From an uncultured Bacteroidia bacterium (GTDB lineage: Bacteria > Bacteroidota > Bacteroidia > NS11-12g > UBA9320): DNA of 64,000 bases. Within the stretch, counting starts at the first letter, position 1, and every line of letters begins with the position of its first letter. The position numbers were made by a program, and so were the translations under genes. This document shows positions 21,980 through 32,364 of this stretch, piece by piece. The DNA lies in the NCBI GenBank assembly GCA_943846675.1, contig OX044357.1:1408500-1472499 (forward strand). Reading direction: 5' to 3'. The notes beneath the pieces are model-generated. The model had not been told where the DNA came from. It ran no database searches and worked only from the letters and a program-made list of their open reading frames with translations.

Positions 21980-23851
21980 TTAAGGGGTTGGTTTGTTGTC
22001 AAAAGGTAAAACATCTTTTATCGTTATAATGCCAACGACTTGATTGTCTTGAACGATAGGCAGGCAGCCATATTCATTCTTTTTCATAATAGCAATGGCT
22101 TCTGTGATTTCTGTATTTGGAGAAACAGAAACAACATTTGATGCCATGATGTCTTCAACAAGCAAGGTTTTGCCTTTGCCGTCCGCTTGATGTTTTTTCA
22201 TGTGGGTCCAGGTGAGCAAGCCCGATAGCTTTCCGGATCCGTCTTCTACTGGTACGTGATGAATGTTTTTCCAGGCCATAATAGACGTTGCCAAATCGGC
22301 ATGGTCATTATAGTTGACTCTAAACACGTTTGTAGACATAATATGACCAACAAGAAAGGCATCTTCTACCACATGTAGGTTTTCTTCTATTGGCCACTTA
22401 TCAACAGGAGTTCCACTGTCCTAATTTTTATGCATTGCCTTTGTCAATCGAACAAGGGCGTTGTCACTCTTCATTTTCTTATGGAGCGTACGGTATTGGG
22501 ACGTAATCCATTGGGCACCTGTTTGAGTAAGGGTGCGTCTTTCAATAACACCCAATAGTCGATCAATGTCTTTCTGGTTAATGCCAACCTGCTTTAATCC
22601 TTTTCGAGCTATCGGTAAAAAGGTATTGAGTGTTAAATCGTATGTGCTTCTGATTTCTCCATCCCATCTTAGCATAGATTCTTTCCCATAGCGCGCAGCT
22701 TTTATGAAATTGGCTTTTGCATCGCGAAAGTCCATTTGAGACTCCATATCGTCGTATCTCGAGGGGCGACCAACCATTAAGCCAACCCAGTAGGCAAAAT
22801 TTGCCATCTCATCTAATACGGATGGGCCACTGGGTATATACCTGTTCTCAATGCGTAAATGTGGTTTGCCACCACCTACGCCGTAGCACGGCCGATTCCA
22901 TCGATACAAGGTTCCGTTATTCAAACACAATGCGTCGAGTTTTGGAATGGTCCCTTGGTCTAATTCATCCAATGCATTTTGTTCAATTTCTCGCGCCAAT
23001 AGTATTTTGTGGTTGGCTAAGTCATTTTTAAAAATGTCAGCTGCTGATCCTTTTGACCACTGGTTACCAAAACTAACCCGAGCCTCTTGATTTTTTAAAG
23101 CATAACTGGCGTTTCTGGTATCTATGCTTTGTTGAAACAAAGCAATTCTTGTTTCGCTCCAAAGCTCTCGACCCAACAGAAGTGGAGAATTCGCACTTAT
23201 AGATAACACAGGACCGGTAATGGCTTGGGCCCAATTGTAACTGCTTGTAAAGTCTTTCGGGTCTATTTGTAAATGTAATTGGAAACTGGTGTTACAAGCT
23301 TCAAATAATACAGAATCGTGTGTCACCAACAACTCGTCAACTCCTCTAATTTTGAGTGTAATATCTGATCCACGAGCCTTTTTAATGACCTCATTCATTG
23401 CCCAGTATCGAGGCGATTGGGTCATGTAATCGAACATTAATTCTGACTTACTTATGGTTGGCAAAATGCCGGTAAGCAGAATTTTGGTTTGATTTGCGTC
23501 ACAAACCTTTGTGGCTTTGTCAAGCAAAGACTCTAATTGGTTTTGCATGAGCTCAAAGCAATCTTCTTTGAGGGTAAAGGGGTCGAGGTTTATTTCTAGA
23601 TTATACCGGGCGAGTTCAGTAGTGAAGTGGTCATCATCTATTAGAGGCAATATGTCTTGAGCATTTTTGGCAGGTCGCCAGTGCTTGTCAACTAAACAGA
23701 ACTCTTGCTCCGCGCCAATTCTGGTAATGCCAGTTTCTATAAGATTGTTGTCAATCATGCGTTCTAACGCCTCAATATCATTGAGCAATTGACGAATAAA
23801 CTTTAGACGTGTTTCTCTCGAAACTTGAGTATTTGTTAATTCTTGTCCCAT
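21980..23851 (-). pseudogene. GCS2 (glutamate-cysteine ligase-like)-CBS domain protein interrupted by one in-frame TAG at 22421-22423
   Basis: GAEQE, ELARYNLE and HLRIENR GCS2 motifs; the frame continues ...MHKN*DSGTPVDKWP... into a CBS pair with no frameshift. Confidence 0.85.
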
Positions 23852-23967
23852 CTCTGGCTGTTCATGTAAAACACAACATGTCTTACGTTACTTCCAAAAG
23901 TATAAGATGACGACAAGGCATTTTATGATGAATGACAGTTTGCTAACTGTGATTCATCGGTGTATTA

Positions 23968-25704
23968 TCAAATTCTACTTTGATACGTATACAGTTGGTA
24001 GTATCGCCCTTTTTGATCCAGAAGGGACTGGTGTACCCCACGTTCAACAATGTCGCCGTTTTCAATTACAAGAATTTGGTCTGCCTGCTGAATAGTACTT
24101 AGCCTGTGTGCAATGACAAACGTTGTTCTGTTTTTCATCAGGATGTTCAAACTTTGCTGAATGTATGACTCACTTTCTGTGTCAAGATTAGAAGTGGCTT
24201 CATCCAAGATGATGACTTTTGGGTCAGCTAGCAACGCACGAGCAATGGAGATACGCTGTCTTTGGCCTCCAGACAATTTAACACCTCTTTCGCCAATTAC
24301 GGTGTCAAGTCCTTCATCAAACCTGTCTGTGAATTCGTTTACATAAGCGCCTTCTACAGCCGATTGCAGTTCAGCTTCAGTTGCATCTGGTCTTGGGAAC
24401 AAGATATTCTCGCGGATGGTACCTTCATATAAGAAATCGTCTTGCAGCACAACGCCCAAATGTTGCCTAAAACTGCTCAGATGAACTGTTGAAAGGTCCG
24501 TTCCGTCTAAAGTGACCTTGCCTGCCGTGGGATTAAGAAAAGTTGCAGCTAAACTGGCAATGGTTGATTTACCAGAACCCGAAGACCCTACTAATGCGGT
24601 AACGCTGCCAGCTTGTGCCTCGAAAGATATACCGTGTAGCACTTCTTTACTCTCTTCATAACTGAATGACACGTTGTCAAATGATATGTTTCCTTGTATC
24701 TCTTTTATGGTTTTGGTTCGGTCCTCACTTTCATCTTCTTCGGTCATTTGCATTAATTCTTGCGTACGGTCTAAACCAGCCAACGCTTCTGTTAATTGTG
24801 ACCCAATATTGCTCATTTGAACGATGGGTGCAATCATAAATCCAAGAAACAAGGTGAACGATACAAATTCTCCCGTTGTCATCGATTCATTCATGATGAA
24901 ATAACCCCCAATGCCCATAATTCCTGCTGAAGCTAAGCCCAATAAGAATGTGGATGAACTGGTCATAACGGCAGTAGCCGTCAAGCTTTTTTTGACGTTT
25001 TGAAATAATCTATCTACGCCATCTTCGAATGTTTTATTTTCTTGTTCTTCGGCATTAAAGCCTTTAATTACCCGAACACCGTTTAAGGTTTCAGTTAGCC
25101 GCCCTGTAACTTCTGCTTTTATTTTACCTCGATCACGGAAGATTGGCCTGATGTATTTGAATGCTTTTAAGGCAACTACGGCAAAAACGGCAACCGGTAC
25201 CAAAACAAAGGCAGTCATAGTTGCATTAATTTTTATCAGAATAATCAATGAAATGACAGCTGTAATGCTGCCGCCTATAAGCTGGACGAAGCCTGTTCCT
25301 ACCAAGTTTCGAACACCTTCTACATCGCTCATAACCCGAGATACAAGCGCACCTGATTTGTTGTTATCAAAGAAGCTAATAGGCAAGGTGAGCAATTTTC
25401 GTTGCACCTTAGCCCGTAACACAGATATCAAATGTTGCGCTTCCACGCTGAGAATCCTAGTTAAGGCAAATGAAATGATGGCTTGAAGTAAAATGGCAAA
25501 GCCTACATACAATAGGAGAGAGGTTAAAGCTTCCATATTTTGAGAAGGAATAACATCATCGAGCAAGGTCTTACTGGCATATGGCAATACCAAACCGGCA
25601 AGACTGCGAACTATAATTAAACCGAGACCTAAAAGGATGATGCCTTTTCTCGGCCAAATAAATTCTTTGGCTGCCCAAATAAAAGATACTTTCTTATCAC
25701 TCAT
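23968..25704 (-). CDS. ABC exporter, fused TMD-NBD (MsbA/MDR-like)
   Basis: GSSGSGKS, LSGGQRQR, LDEATSNLD and IAHRLST motifs. Confidence 0.93.
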   Translation of the reverse strand: MSDKKVSFIWAAKEFIWPRKGIILLGLGLIIVRSLAGLVLPYASKTLLDDVIPSQNMEALTSLLLYVGFAILLQAIISFALTRILSVEAQHLISVLRAKVQRKLLTLPISFFDNNKSGALVSRVMSDVEGVRNLVGTGFVQLIGGSITAVISLIILIKINATMTAFVLVPVAVFAVVALKAFKYIRPIFRDRGKIKAEVTGRLTETLNGVRVIKGFNAEEQENKTFEDGVDRLFQNVKKSLTATAVMTSSSTFLLGLASAGIMGIGGYFIMNESMTTGEFVSFTLFLGFMIAPIVQMSNIGSQLTEALAGLDRTQELMQMTEEDESEDRTKTIKEIQGNISFDNVSFSYEESKEVLHGISFEAQAGSVTALVGSSGSGKSTIASLAATFLNPTAGKVTLDGTDLSTVHLSSFRQHLGVVLQDDFLYEGTIRENILFPRPDATEAELQSAVEGAYVNEFTDRFDEGLDTVIGERGVKLSGGQRQRISIARALLADPKVIILDEATSNLDTESESYIQQSLNILMKNRTTFVIAHRLSTIQQADQILVIENGDIVERGVHQSLLDQKGRYYQLYTYQSRI

Positions 25705-25761
25705 GTATTGTTTATGGCTATTATCAAGCCAAAGTACTTTTCATGACGAATCGGCAGAAAC

Positions 25762-25798
25762 AAAAAAATCGCATCCTTTTATGGATACGATTTTTTTT
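25762..25798. terminator. intrinsic terminator (bidirectional type)
   Basis: A7-TCGCATCC-loop-GGATACGA-T8. Confidence 0.65.
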
Positions 25799-25827
25799 GA
25801 TGGTTGGTTCTAGTTTTGGTCAATTCA

Positions 25828-27648
25828 TCAGTCTTCCATAGTAAATTCAATATTTCCTTCTTGCACAATTTTGCGGACGTATTCCTTTTTATCCGTGTCA
25901 TATTCTTCGAACTCTCCGGAAAAAATTATCTTACTATATCCTCCAGGAGATATATCCCATTTATGAAAGTCGACTCTTACACTATTTGGTAAAATAGGTT
26001 CTACGATACCTTTATTGGACGTTGAAAAATCTATGATCCATTTGTCAAGGACGCCTCTGTGAAACGTATAATAGTGTGGTTGTCCGTCTGGTTTAAAGTC
26101 TGACAACATGGTAATGGAAAGGAATGGACCTTGGGTAGAGAATCGATCTGCCGGTAAAACAATGCCCATCTGGTTTTTGCTTTTGTTCTCTCCAACCTTA
26201 GCATCACTGAAGCTATACACTTCCCCATCTATTGAATAAGATGCAGTTAGTGACTTAATCTTATCAGTATAAACTACATCAAGTTGTTCCTTAGGTGGGT
26301 CTGGACAAAACATGAGTTCTCCCATGTCTTTATTGGATTTCTCAACCTTAAGTGGAGTCATTTTTTGTATGACATAATCTTCCCTGTTTCGAAGCAAAAC
26401 GCTTTGTGTTGTATTTGGCTGAATTTTAAAAGAGAACTCCCCGTTTGACGTGCGCACGCCATAACGTCCACCAATCAATACCAAGACATCATCTGTTTTT
26501 TTGGATTCACAGTCAATGACGCGCCCTGTTACGACCACCGGCTCTGGGAAATATTCGTCAGGGATGATTATATCACCAATAATTCCAGATGATGGGATAT
26601 TGATAATAGTATTATAGGGTTTAATGTTTAATCGGCCACCTCTAATGGTTATATTGATATCTATATTAATAGGCATCAAACCACGGAAATGTCCGAATTG
26701 ATCGGTATTGCCATGGGCAGCTCTGGCTCCATTAGCTTTTAATTGCATGGTTGCATATTTTACAGGAGTACCATCCTCATAATATATAGTACCGTTTGCT
26801 TCTCGGGCATCAATAGGTATGTCGCAATTCCAGAATGAGAAATGTTTAACACTGCCTATGTAGGCGTTACCTACTTTAGTAGCTTCGCCTTCTTCTACCC
26901 AATATCCCTTATCTTCATTGAAATACCACAATGGAATACTATTCGGTGCATTGGCACCAAGGCTCGAGGGTATTGGAGATGTTATCTCAGCTGTATTACC
27001 TTCTGCAAGTTGTAATGCAGAACCATTTGTACCTGTTAATTCAACAGCCATCATGCCAAAGGACGACAATAGTGATTCCCCATCGGGGCTTACCGAGCGC
27101 AGACTTCCTGGCATTGTGGTGCCGGCTTCTTCAGAGGTCGGATCTATATATGCACCGCTCACATTTACTTGACCCGTATACGCATTACCAGATTCATCCA
27201 CGAATCCTGAACCCATTTCGATGTTGACAGATTCAAATTCTACTTTTCCTCCACTGGCCGCATCAAAACTTCCCGCAATCGTTTTCTTTAAAAGTTTAAT
27301 GTCAACCAAATTGTTACCATCTGTTGGGTAAAAACTTCTACTTCCTAAGAAGTATCCATTTTTATTCACCTTTACATAGGCGTGTTTATCATAAACTTTC
27401 GCATTGTTAATGTAAAAGAAGCCATTCTCATCTGTCTTGGTAATTGCACCCATCACATCAACATGAGCATCAGCAACAGGTTGATCCGTTTCGTCTACAA
27501 CTACACCAGAAATTGTATGTTCTTCTGCTTGGCCAACATTGATTTCGAAGTCCGGATGGATGTCATCGTTCTCGAGGGCACATCGGTTAAAGGACAGCAG
27601 GTAAAAAATGGATAAAAGAAGGAGGAGTTTTGTGTTTGGTTTTTTCAT
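25828..27648 (-). CDS. secreted/lipoprotein with carboxypeptidase-regulatory-like Ig domains
   Basis: Signal peptide with Cys; ISGVVVDETDQPV; PLWYFNE..GYWVEEG and HFSFWNCD motifs. Confidence 0.75.
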   Translation of the reverse strand: MKKPNTKLLLLLSIFYLLSFNRCALENDDIHPDFEINVGQAEEHTISGVVVDETDQPVADAHVDVMGAITKTDENGFFYINNAKVYDKHAYVKVNKNGYFLGSRSFYPTDGNNLVDIKLLKKTIAGSFDAASGGKVEFESVNIEMGSGFVDESGNAYTGQVNVSGAYIDPTSEEAGTTMPGSLRSVSPDGESLLSSFGMMAVELTGTNGSALQLAEGNTAEITSPIPSSLGANAPNSIPLWYFNEDKGYWVEEGEATKVGNAYIGSVKHFSFWNCDIPIDAREANGTIYYEDGTPVKYATMQLKANGARAAHGNTDQFGHFRGLMPINIDINITIRGGRLNIKPYNTIINIPSSGIIGDIIIPDEYFPEPVVVTGRVIDCESKKTDDVLVLIGGRYGVRTSNGEFSFKIQPNTTQSVLLRNREDYVIQKMTPLKVEKSNKDMGELMFCPDPPKEQLDVVYTDKIKSLTASYSIDGEVYSFSDAKVGENKSKNQMGIVLPADRFSTQGPFLSITMLSDFKPDGQPHYYTFHRGVLDKWIIDFSTSNKGIVEPILPNSVRVDFHKWDISPGGYSKIIFSGEFEEYDTDKKEYVRKIVQEGNIEFTMED

Positions 27649-27988
27649 AATCTTAGGATTTGTTTTTCATGGGTGATACTTAATTACAGACACAATGTAG
27701 AGAAAAAAGGTTGCCTATAGAAGGTATATGAAACGTGTGAAAGCCGGTTGAAATGAAACAAACCCCGACCATTGCTAGAATCAAGGAGACAAATTAAATC
27801 TTAATATGTCAGCGACCTGACAAAGGTTTTAAGTTCAAATGACAATCGAAAAATATCATAGAATTTCAGAAGTATCGATAGAAACAACTTCATAATTTGT
27901 AACAAATAAGGTGTAATCACTTTTCAGCATTTAATGCTGATTTTACAGTAAATGCAAAAACGGTTTTGGGTTTTGAAAAGCGCTTGTT

Positions 27989-28414
27989 TTACTCATAGAA
28001 TGGAATTCCGCTTTCTAAGCTTATCCAGTCTATGGCCTCTTCTTTAGTTTTGGTGCACACTTGGTGACCTTCAAGGCGTGCAAATAAATTGAATATCGGG
28101 ATTAGCATACGTAGCAAGAAATTCGGATTTACAAATGCATGTAATTGAATTCTGTTGGCATATGTTTTGTCTAAGTTGAAAATGCCTTTACCTAAATAAA
28201 TGATTGTTTTGATGCTGGCCCATTTCATTGCTTTCATGTCCGAAATTATAAATAGAGGCCCAGAAGAATTCTGTAAAACACTCTCTATAAGGTCTAAGTG
28301 TTCTCGCGTCTGAGGGATTGTTGGGTTAAGGTTTTTAACAGTCTGAACAATTAACGGCAAACGGCTTATATCAACAGTCGCACAGGCACTTTCCATTGTG
28401 GTAGGCTGTGACAT
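27989..28414 (-). CDS. STAS/SEC14-like small protein
   Basis: ISDMKAM...AFVNPN...EEAIDWI pattern. Confidence 0.5.
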   Translation of the reverse strand: MSQPTTMESACATVDISRLPLIVQTVKNLNPTIPQTREHLDLIESVLQNSSGPLFIISDMKAMKWASIKTIIYLGKGIFNLDKTYANRIQLHAFVNPNFLLRMLIPIFNLFARLEGHQVCTKTKEEAIDWISLESGIPFYE

Positions 28415-28513
28415 TTTCGTATCGTGTGATTAAATCGAACAGTGCAAAGTTAGTAAAACAGTTATATGTAGTTAGTTATAGTTCGGTTTGAGGTTTTCAT
28501 TTTTGTGTAAATG

Positions 28514-28586
28514 ATAGTAATACTATTGAATATGGTAGTTTTAATAACAAAAGTGAAAATAAGTAAAACATTTACAATGTTTTACT
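28514..28586. promoter_or_regulatory. two palindromes, candidate TetR operators
   Basis: ATAGTA-A-TACTAT (28514-28526) and AGTAAAACATT-TAC-AATGTTTTACT (28562-28586) upstream of tetR. Confidence 0.55.
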
Positions 28587-28599
28587 GTTTAACCCTCTG

Positions 28600-29283
28600 A
28601 TGAATGACTTATTAAGTACGGTTCACATCAAAGTGAACGAAGGCATATATCTAAAAGATCCTGATTCTTCTGAATTGGGGAAAGGGATTGTCTCTGAAGG
28701 GCTTTTATTGATTGATGAAATTGGGTTGGAGAAAACAACGTTTAAAAAACTTGCCCAAAGACTTGGTACGACAGAAGCCTCTATCTATCGCTATTTTGAA
28801 AGTAAATTCAAGTTGTTGGTTTATTTAACTTCCTGGTATTGGGGATGGCTTGAGTACCAACTTGTATTCAGTATCACAAACATTTTAGATCCAGAGAAAA
28901 AACTGCGCATCGCGATTGATGTTTTAAGTCAACTCAACGAAAAAAAAGAAAGTGGAAGCCACATAAACTTTACGGTACTCACGCGTGTTGTGGTGTCTGA
29001 GTCATCCAAAGCGTACCTAACCAAAGACGTGGATGAAGCTAATAAGGAAGGGTTTTATGCCGGCTATAAACGTGTGGTTCAACGTGTTAGCGACGTAATG
29101 TTAGAAATTCAGCCTGAATTTGAATTTTCACATACATTGTCGTCAACGGTAATGGAAGGCATACACCATCAAAAATACTTTGCCCAACATTTACCGTCGC
29201 TCACGGATACAACTGAAAAACCAAGTCAGATGTCTCAATTCTATGGAGATATGGTTTTAGCCACTTTAAAATCAAATAAGTAA
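28600..29283 (+). CDS. TetR/AcrR family transcriptional regulator
   Basis: GLEKTTFKKLAQRLGTTEASIYRYFESK helix-turn-helix. Confidence 0.9.
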   Translation: MNDLLSTVHIKVNEGIYLKDPDSSELGKGIVSEGLLLIDEIGLEKTTFKKLAQRLGTTEASIYRYFESKFKLLVYLTSWYWGWLEYQLVFSITNILDPEKKLRIAIDVLSQLNEKKESGSHINFTVLTRVVVSESSKAYLTKDVDEANKEGFYAGYKRVVQRVSDVMLEIQPEFEFSHTLSSTVMEGIHHQKYFAQHLPSLTDTTEKPSQMSQFYGDMVLATLKSNK

Positions 29284-29284
29284 A

Positions 29285-31000
29285 ATGACTAACCCATTAA
29301 CGCCAATTAATAGATTCTTTAACCTGTTAAAAGTTGACAGGCAAGATATTGTTAGTATATACGTTTACGCCATATTTCAAGGACTGGTAACACTTTCGTT
29401 ACCGCTTGGTATTCAGTCAATTATTAACCTAATAACCGGTGGGCAGGTTTCGACTTCATGGATTGTTATGGTGATTTTTGTTGTCTTAGGAGTTGCGTTT
29501 ACAGGAGTATTGCAAATCATGCAGCTTACCATATCTGAGAATTTGCAGCAAAAGATATTTACACGATCTGCGTTTGAGTTCGCCTATCGGATTCCGCGGA
29601 TGAAGGTGGAAGCTGTAGACAAAACATATATACCCGAATTGGTAAACCGGTTCTTCGACACCTTGTCTATTCAAAAAGGATTGTCAAAGATCTTGTTAGA
29701 TTTTTCATCTGCGTCACTGCAAGTGTTGTTTGGGTTGATGCTATTATCACTATATCACCCGTTCTTTATTCTTTTCAGTTTTTTGTTGTTATTAGGCGCA
29801 TATATCATTTTCCGACTTACAGGGCCAAGAGGTTTGAAAACCAGCATTGTTGAGTCCAAATACAAATATGAAGTGGCGCATTGGCTAGAGGAAATTGCAC
29901 GGGCAATGGAAACCTTCAAATTAGCTGGAGACTCTCCGCTACCACTGCAGAAAACAGATGAAAAAGTTGAGGGGTATTTGAAGTCAAGAAAGTCGCATTA
30001 CAAAACCTTGGTTATGCAATACATAAACCTGGTTGGTTTAAAGGTGTTTATTGTGGCTGGGTTGCTCATTATTGGTGGGATGTTGGTTATAAATCAACAA
30101 ATGAATATTGGCCAGTTTGTAGCATCGGAGATTATTATACTGCTGATTCTTGCCTCCATTGAAAAACTCATACTGAGTATGGAGACGATATACGACGTGT
30201 TAACGGCGATCGAGAAAATTGGTAATGTGACGGACCTACCACTTGACCGTGACAACGGAACCCGATTTGATCCAGTTCAAATGTCAAATATCGGCATCGA
30301 GATGGACCATGTGTCTTATAAGTTCCTTGGTGAAAAGGAAGATTTTCTTAAGAATATTGACTTAAAGTTATCAGGAGGAGACAAACTCTGCCTGTCGGGT
30401 TATAATGGTTCAGGTAAATCGCTATTACTCCAATTTATGGCTGGTCTTTACGATGAATTTAGAGGAAACATTACATACAACGGGATTCCTATAGGGAATT
30501 GGTATAAAGAAGACTTGCATAGAATTATAGGTGACAACTTAATAAAAGAAGAAATATTCAAGGGGACGTTATTAGAAAATATAACCTTAGGTAAGCCATA
30601 CATTAGCCATGAAGAAGTTCAGTCCATATGTGATGTAGTTGGTTTAGGCGGATTTGTCGCAAGCCAGCAAGAAGGCTTTAATGCCGAGATGATACCTGGA
30701 GGCCGAAACTTACCAAAAAGCACACGGTTGAAAGTGATACTTGCGAGGTGTTTAGTCGGTAAACCAAAAGTAATTCTCATTGAGAATAGCTTCAATTTAC
30801 TCGGTGAAACAAGTAAAAAAGCTTTTGTCGATTACCTGTTAAAATCTGATGTTACCGTGGTTGTGATATCAAACGACCCGAAAGTCGCCGCTCGTTTCGA
30901 AAGAAACATAGTGATGAAGGATGGAAGCATCCTGGCTGACACAAATTTCAATACGCTCCAAAAAGAGCCATGGTTCAATGAAGTATTTGATATTAACTAA
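29285..31000 (+). CDS. type I secretion-like ABC transporter
   Basis: TMD plus GYNGSGKS; degenerate signature and Walker B (LPKS...ILIEN). Confidence 0.85.
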   Translation: MTNPLTPINRFFNLLKVDRQDIVSIYVYAIFQGLVTLSLPLGIQSIINLITGGQVSTSWIVMVIFVVLGVAFTGVLQIMQLTISENLQQKIFTRSAFEFAYRIPRMKVEAVDKTYIPELVNRFFDTLSIQKGLSKILLDFSSASLQVLFGLMLLSLYHPFFILFSFLLLLGAYIIFRLTGPRGLKTSIVESKYKYEVAHWLEEIARAMETFKLAGDSPLPLQKTDEKVEGYLKSRKSHYKTLVMQYINLVGLKVFIVAGLLIIGGMLVINQQMNIGQFVASEIIILLILASIEKLILSMETIYDVLTAIEKIGNVTDLPLDRDNGTRFDPVQMSNIGIEMDHVSYKFLGEKEDFLKNIDLKLSGGDKLCLSGYNGSGKSLLLQFMAGLYDEFRGNITYNGIPIGNWYKEDLHRIIGDNLIKEEIFKGTLLENITLGKPYISHEEVQSICDVVGLGGFVASQQEGFNAEMIPGGRNLPKSTRLKVILARCLVGKPKVILIENSFNLLGETSKKAFVDYLLKSDVTVVVISNDPKVAARFERNIVMKDGSILADTNFNTLQKEPWFNEVFDIN

Positions 31001-31002
31001 AC

Positions 31003-32364
31003 ATGCTAAACTTAAGTCCAAATAGAATAGACGGTAAGATCGAAACCAATAAGTATCGATCGTTTTCTATCGTTAAAGATTATAAATCAGGGAAGATTTT
31101 AGCTCGATTACTTATTATTTCTTTACTCACGTTTATTGTGGTCTTGTTTTTTCCTTGGACACAAAATATTCAAGTGAGAGGATATGTAACAACGCTTCAG
31201 CCAGACCAACGACCACAAACAGTGAATTCAATTATTGCTGGTCGGATTGAAAAATGGTTCGTACGTGAAGGGAATTTCGTGTCGAAAGGTGATACCATCA
31301 TGTTTATCTCAGAAATCAAAGACGCCTATTTTGATCCTGGATTACTTGCCAATACGGAATCCCAAATTAAGTCGAAGGAGTTAACAGTGGATGCCTACAT
31401 GGACAAAATTAAATCCTTGGATAGCCAGATAGACGCACTACTGCGCACTAAAGAGTTAAAAAGAGAACAGGCAAATAATTACATCGAGCAAGCCAGGTTA
31501 AAAATACAGTCGGACAGTATGGATTTAAGAGCAGCCGAAACGAATTTGACCATAGCCAAACGACAGTTCGAACGAATGGAAGAATTGTATAAGCAAGGCT
31601 TAAACTCTTTAACGGATTTGGAGTCTCGTAAGTTGAAGCTGCAAGAAACCCAGGCGAAGCGCATAAGTGCTGAAAACAAATTATTAAAAAGTAGGAATGA
31701 GCTTATCAATGCGGAAGTGGAACTAAGCTCAATTGATAACCAGTACCGTGATAAACTGTCTAAGGCAGAAAGCGAGAAATACGCATCACTGTCTAACATG
31801 TATGATGCAGAAGCCATTGTGACTAAAATGCAAAATCAGTATATGAATTATTCCATACGGACGGGTATGTATTATATAACGGCTCCGCAAGATGGTTACA
31901 TTACCAAAGCCATTCGGTCTGGTATTGGCGAAACTGTGAAAGAGGGAGAGGAGCTCTTGAGTATAATGCCAAGTAACTACGATTTGGCGGTTTCGATGTA
32001 TGTTAAACCCATGGACTTACCGTTGATGCAAAATGGTCAGAAGGTACGTTTTATGTTTGACGGTTGGCCCACGGTTGTGTTTTCAGGTTGGCCAAATTTA
32101 TCGTACGGTACATTTGGCGGAGAGGTGGTTGCCATTGATAATTTTATTAGTGAAAATGGCAAATACAGAATCTTAGTTGCTCCAGATCCAACTGATGAAG
32201 AATGGCCAACAGCATTGCGTGTAGGGTCGGGTGCAGATGGCATGTCTCTATTGCAAGACGTACCTATTTGGTACGAGATTTGGCGAAAGCTAAATGGATT
32301 CCCGCCAGATTACTACATCGATTTGAATTCCCAGAACCAAACACAAACAAAAAAAGGTACATGA
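31003..32364 (+). CDS. HlyD family membrane fusion protein
   Basis: N-terminal TM, lipoyl half-motifs (GRIEKWFVREG; ITAPQDG), coiled coil. Confidence 0.9.
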   Translation: MLNLSPNRIDGKIETNKYRSFSIVKDYKSGKILARLLIISLLTFIVVLFFPWTQNIQVRGYVTTLQPDQRPQTVNSIIAGRIEKWFVREGNFVSKGDTIMFISEIKDAYFDPGLLANTESQIKSKELTVDAYMDKIKSLDSQIDALLRTKELKREQANNYIEQARLKIQSDSMDLRAAETNLTIAKRQFERMEELYKQGLNSLTDLESRKLKLQETQAKRISAENKLLKSRNELINAEVELSSIDNQYRDKLSKAESEKYASLSNMYDAEAIVTKMQNQYMNYSIRTGMYYITAPQDGYITKAIRSGIGETVKEGEELLSIMPSNYDLAVSMYVKPMDLPLMQNGQKVRFMFDGWPTVVFSGWPNLSYGTFGGEVVAIDNFISENGKYRILVAPDPTDEEWPTALRVGSGADGMSLLQDVPIWYEIWRKLNGFPPDYYIDLNSQNQTQTKKGT

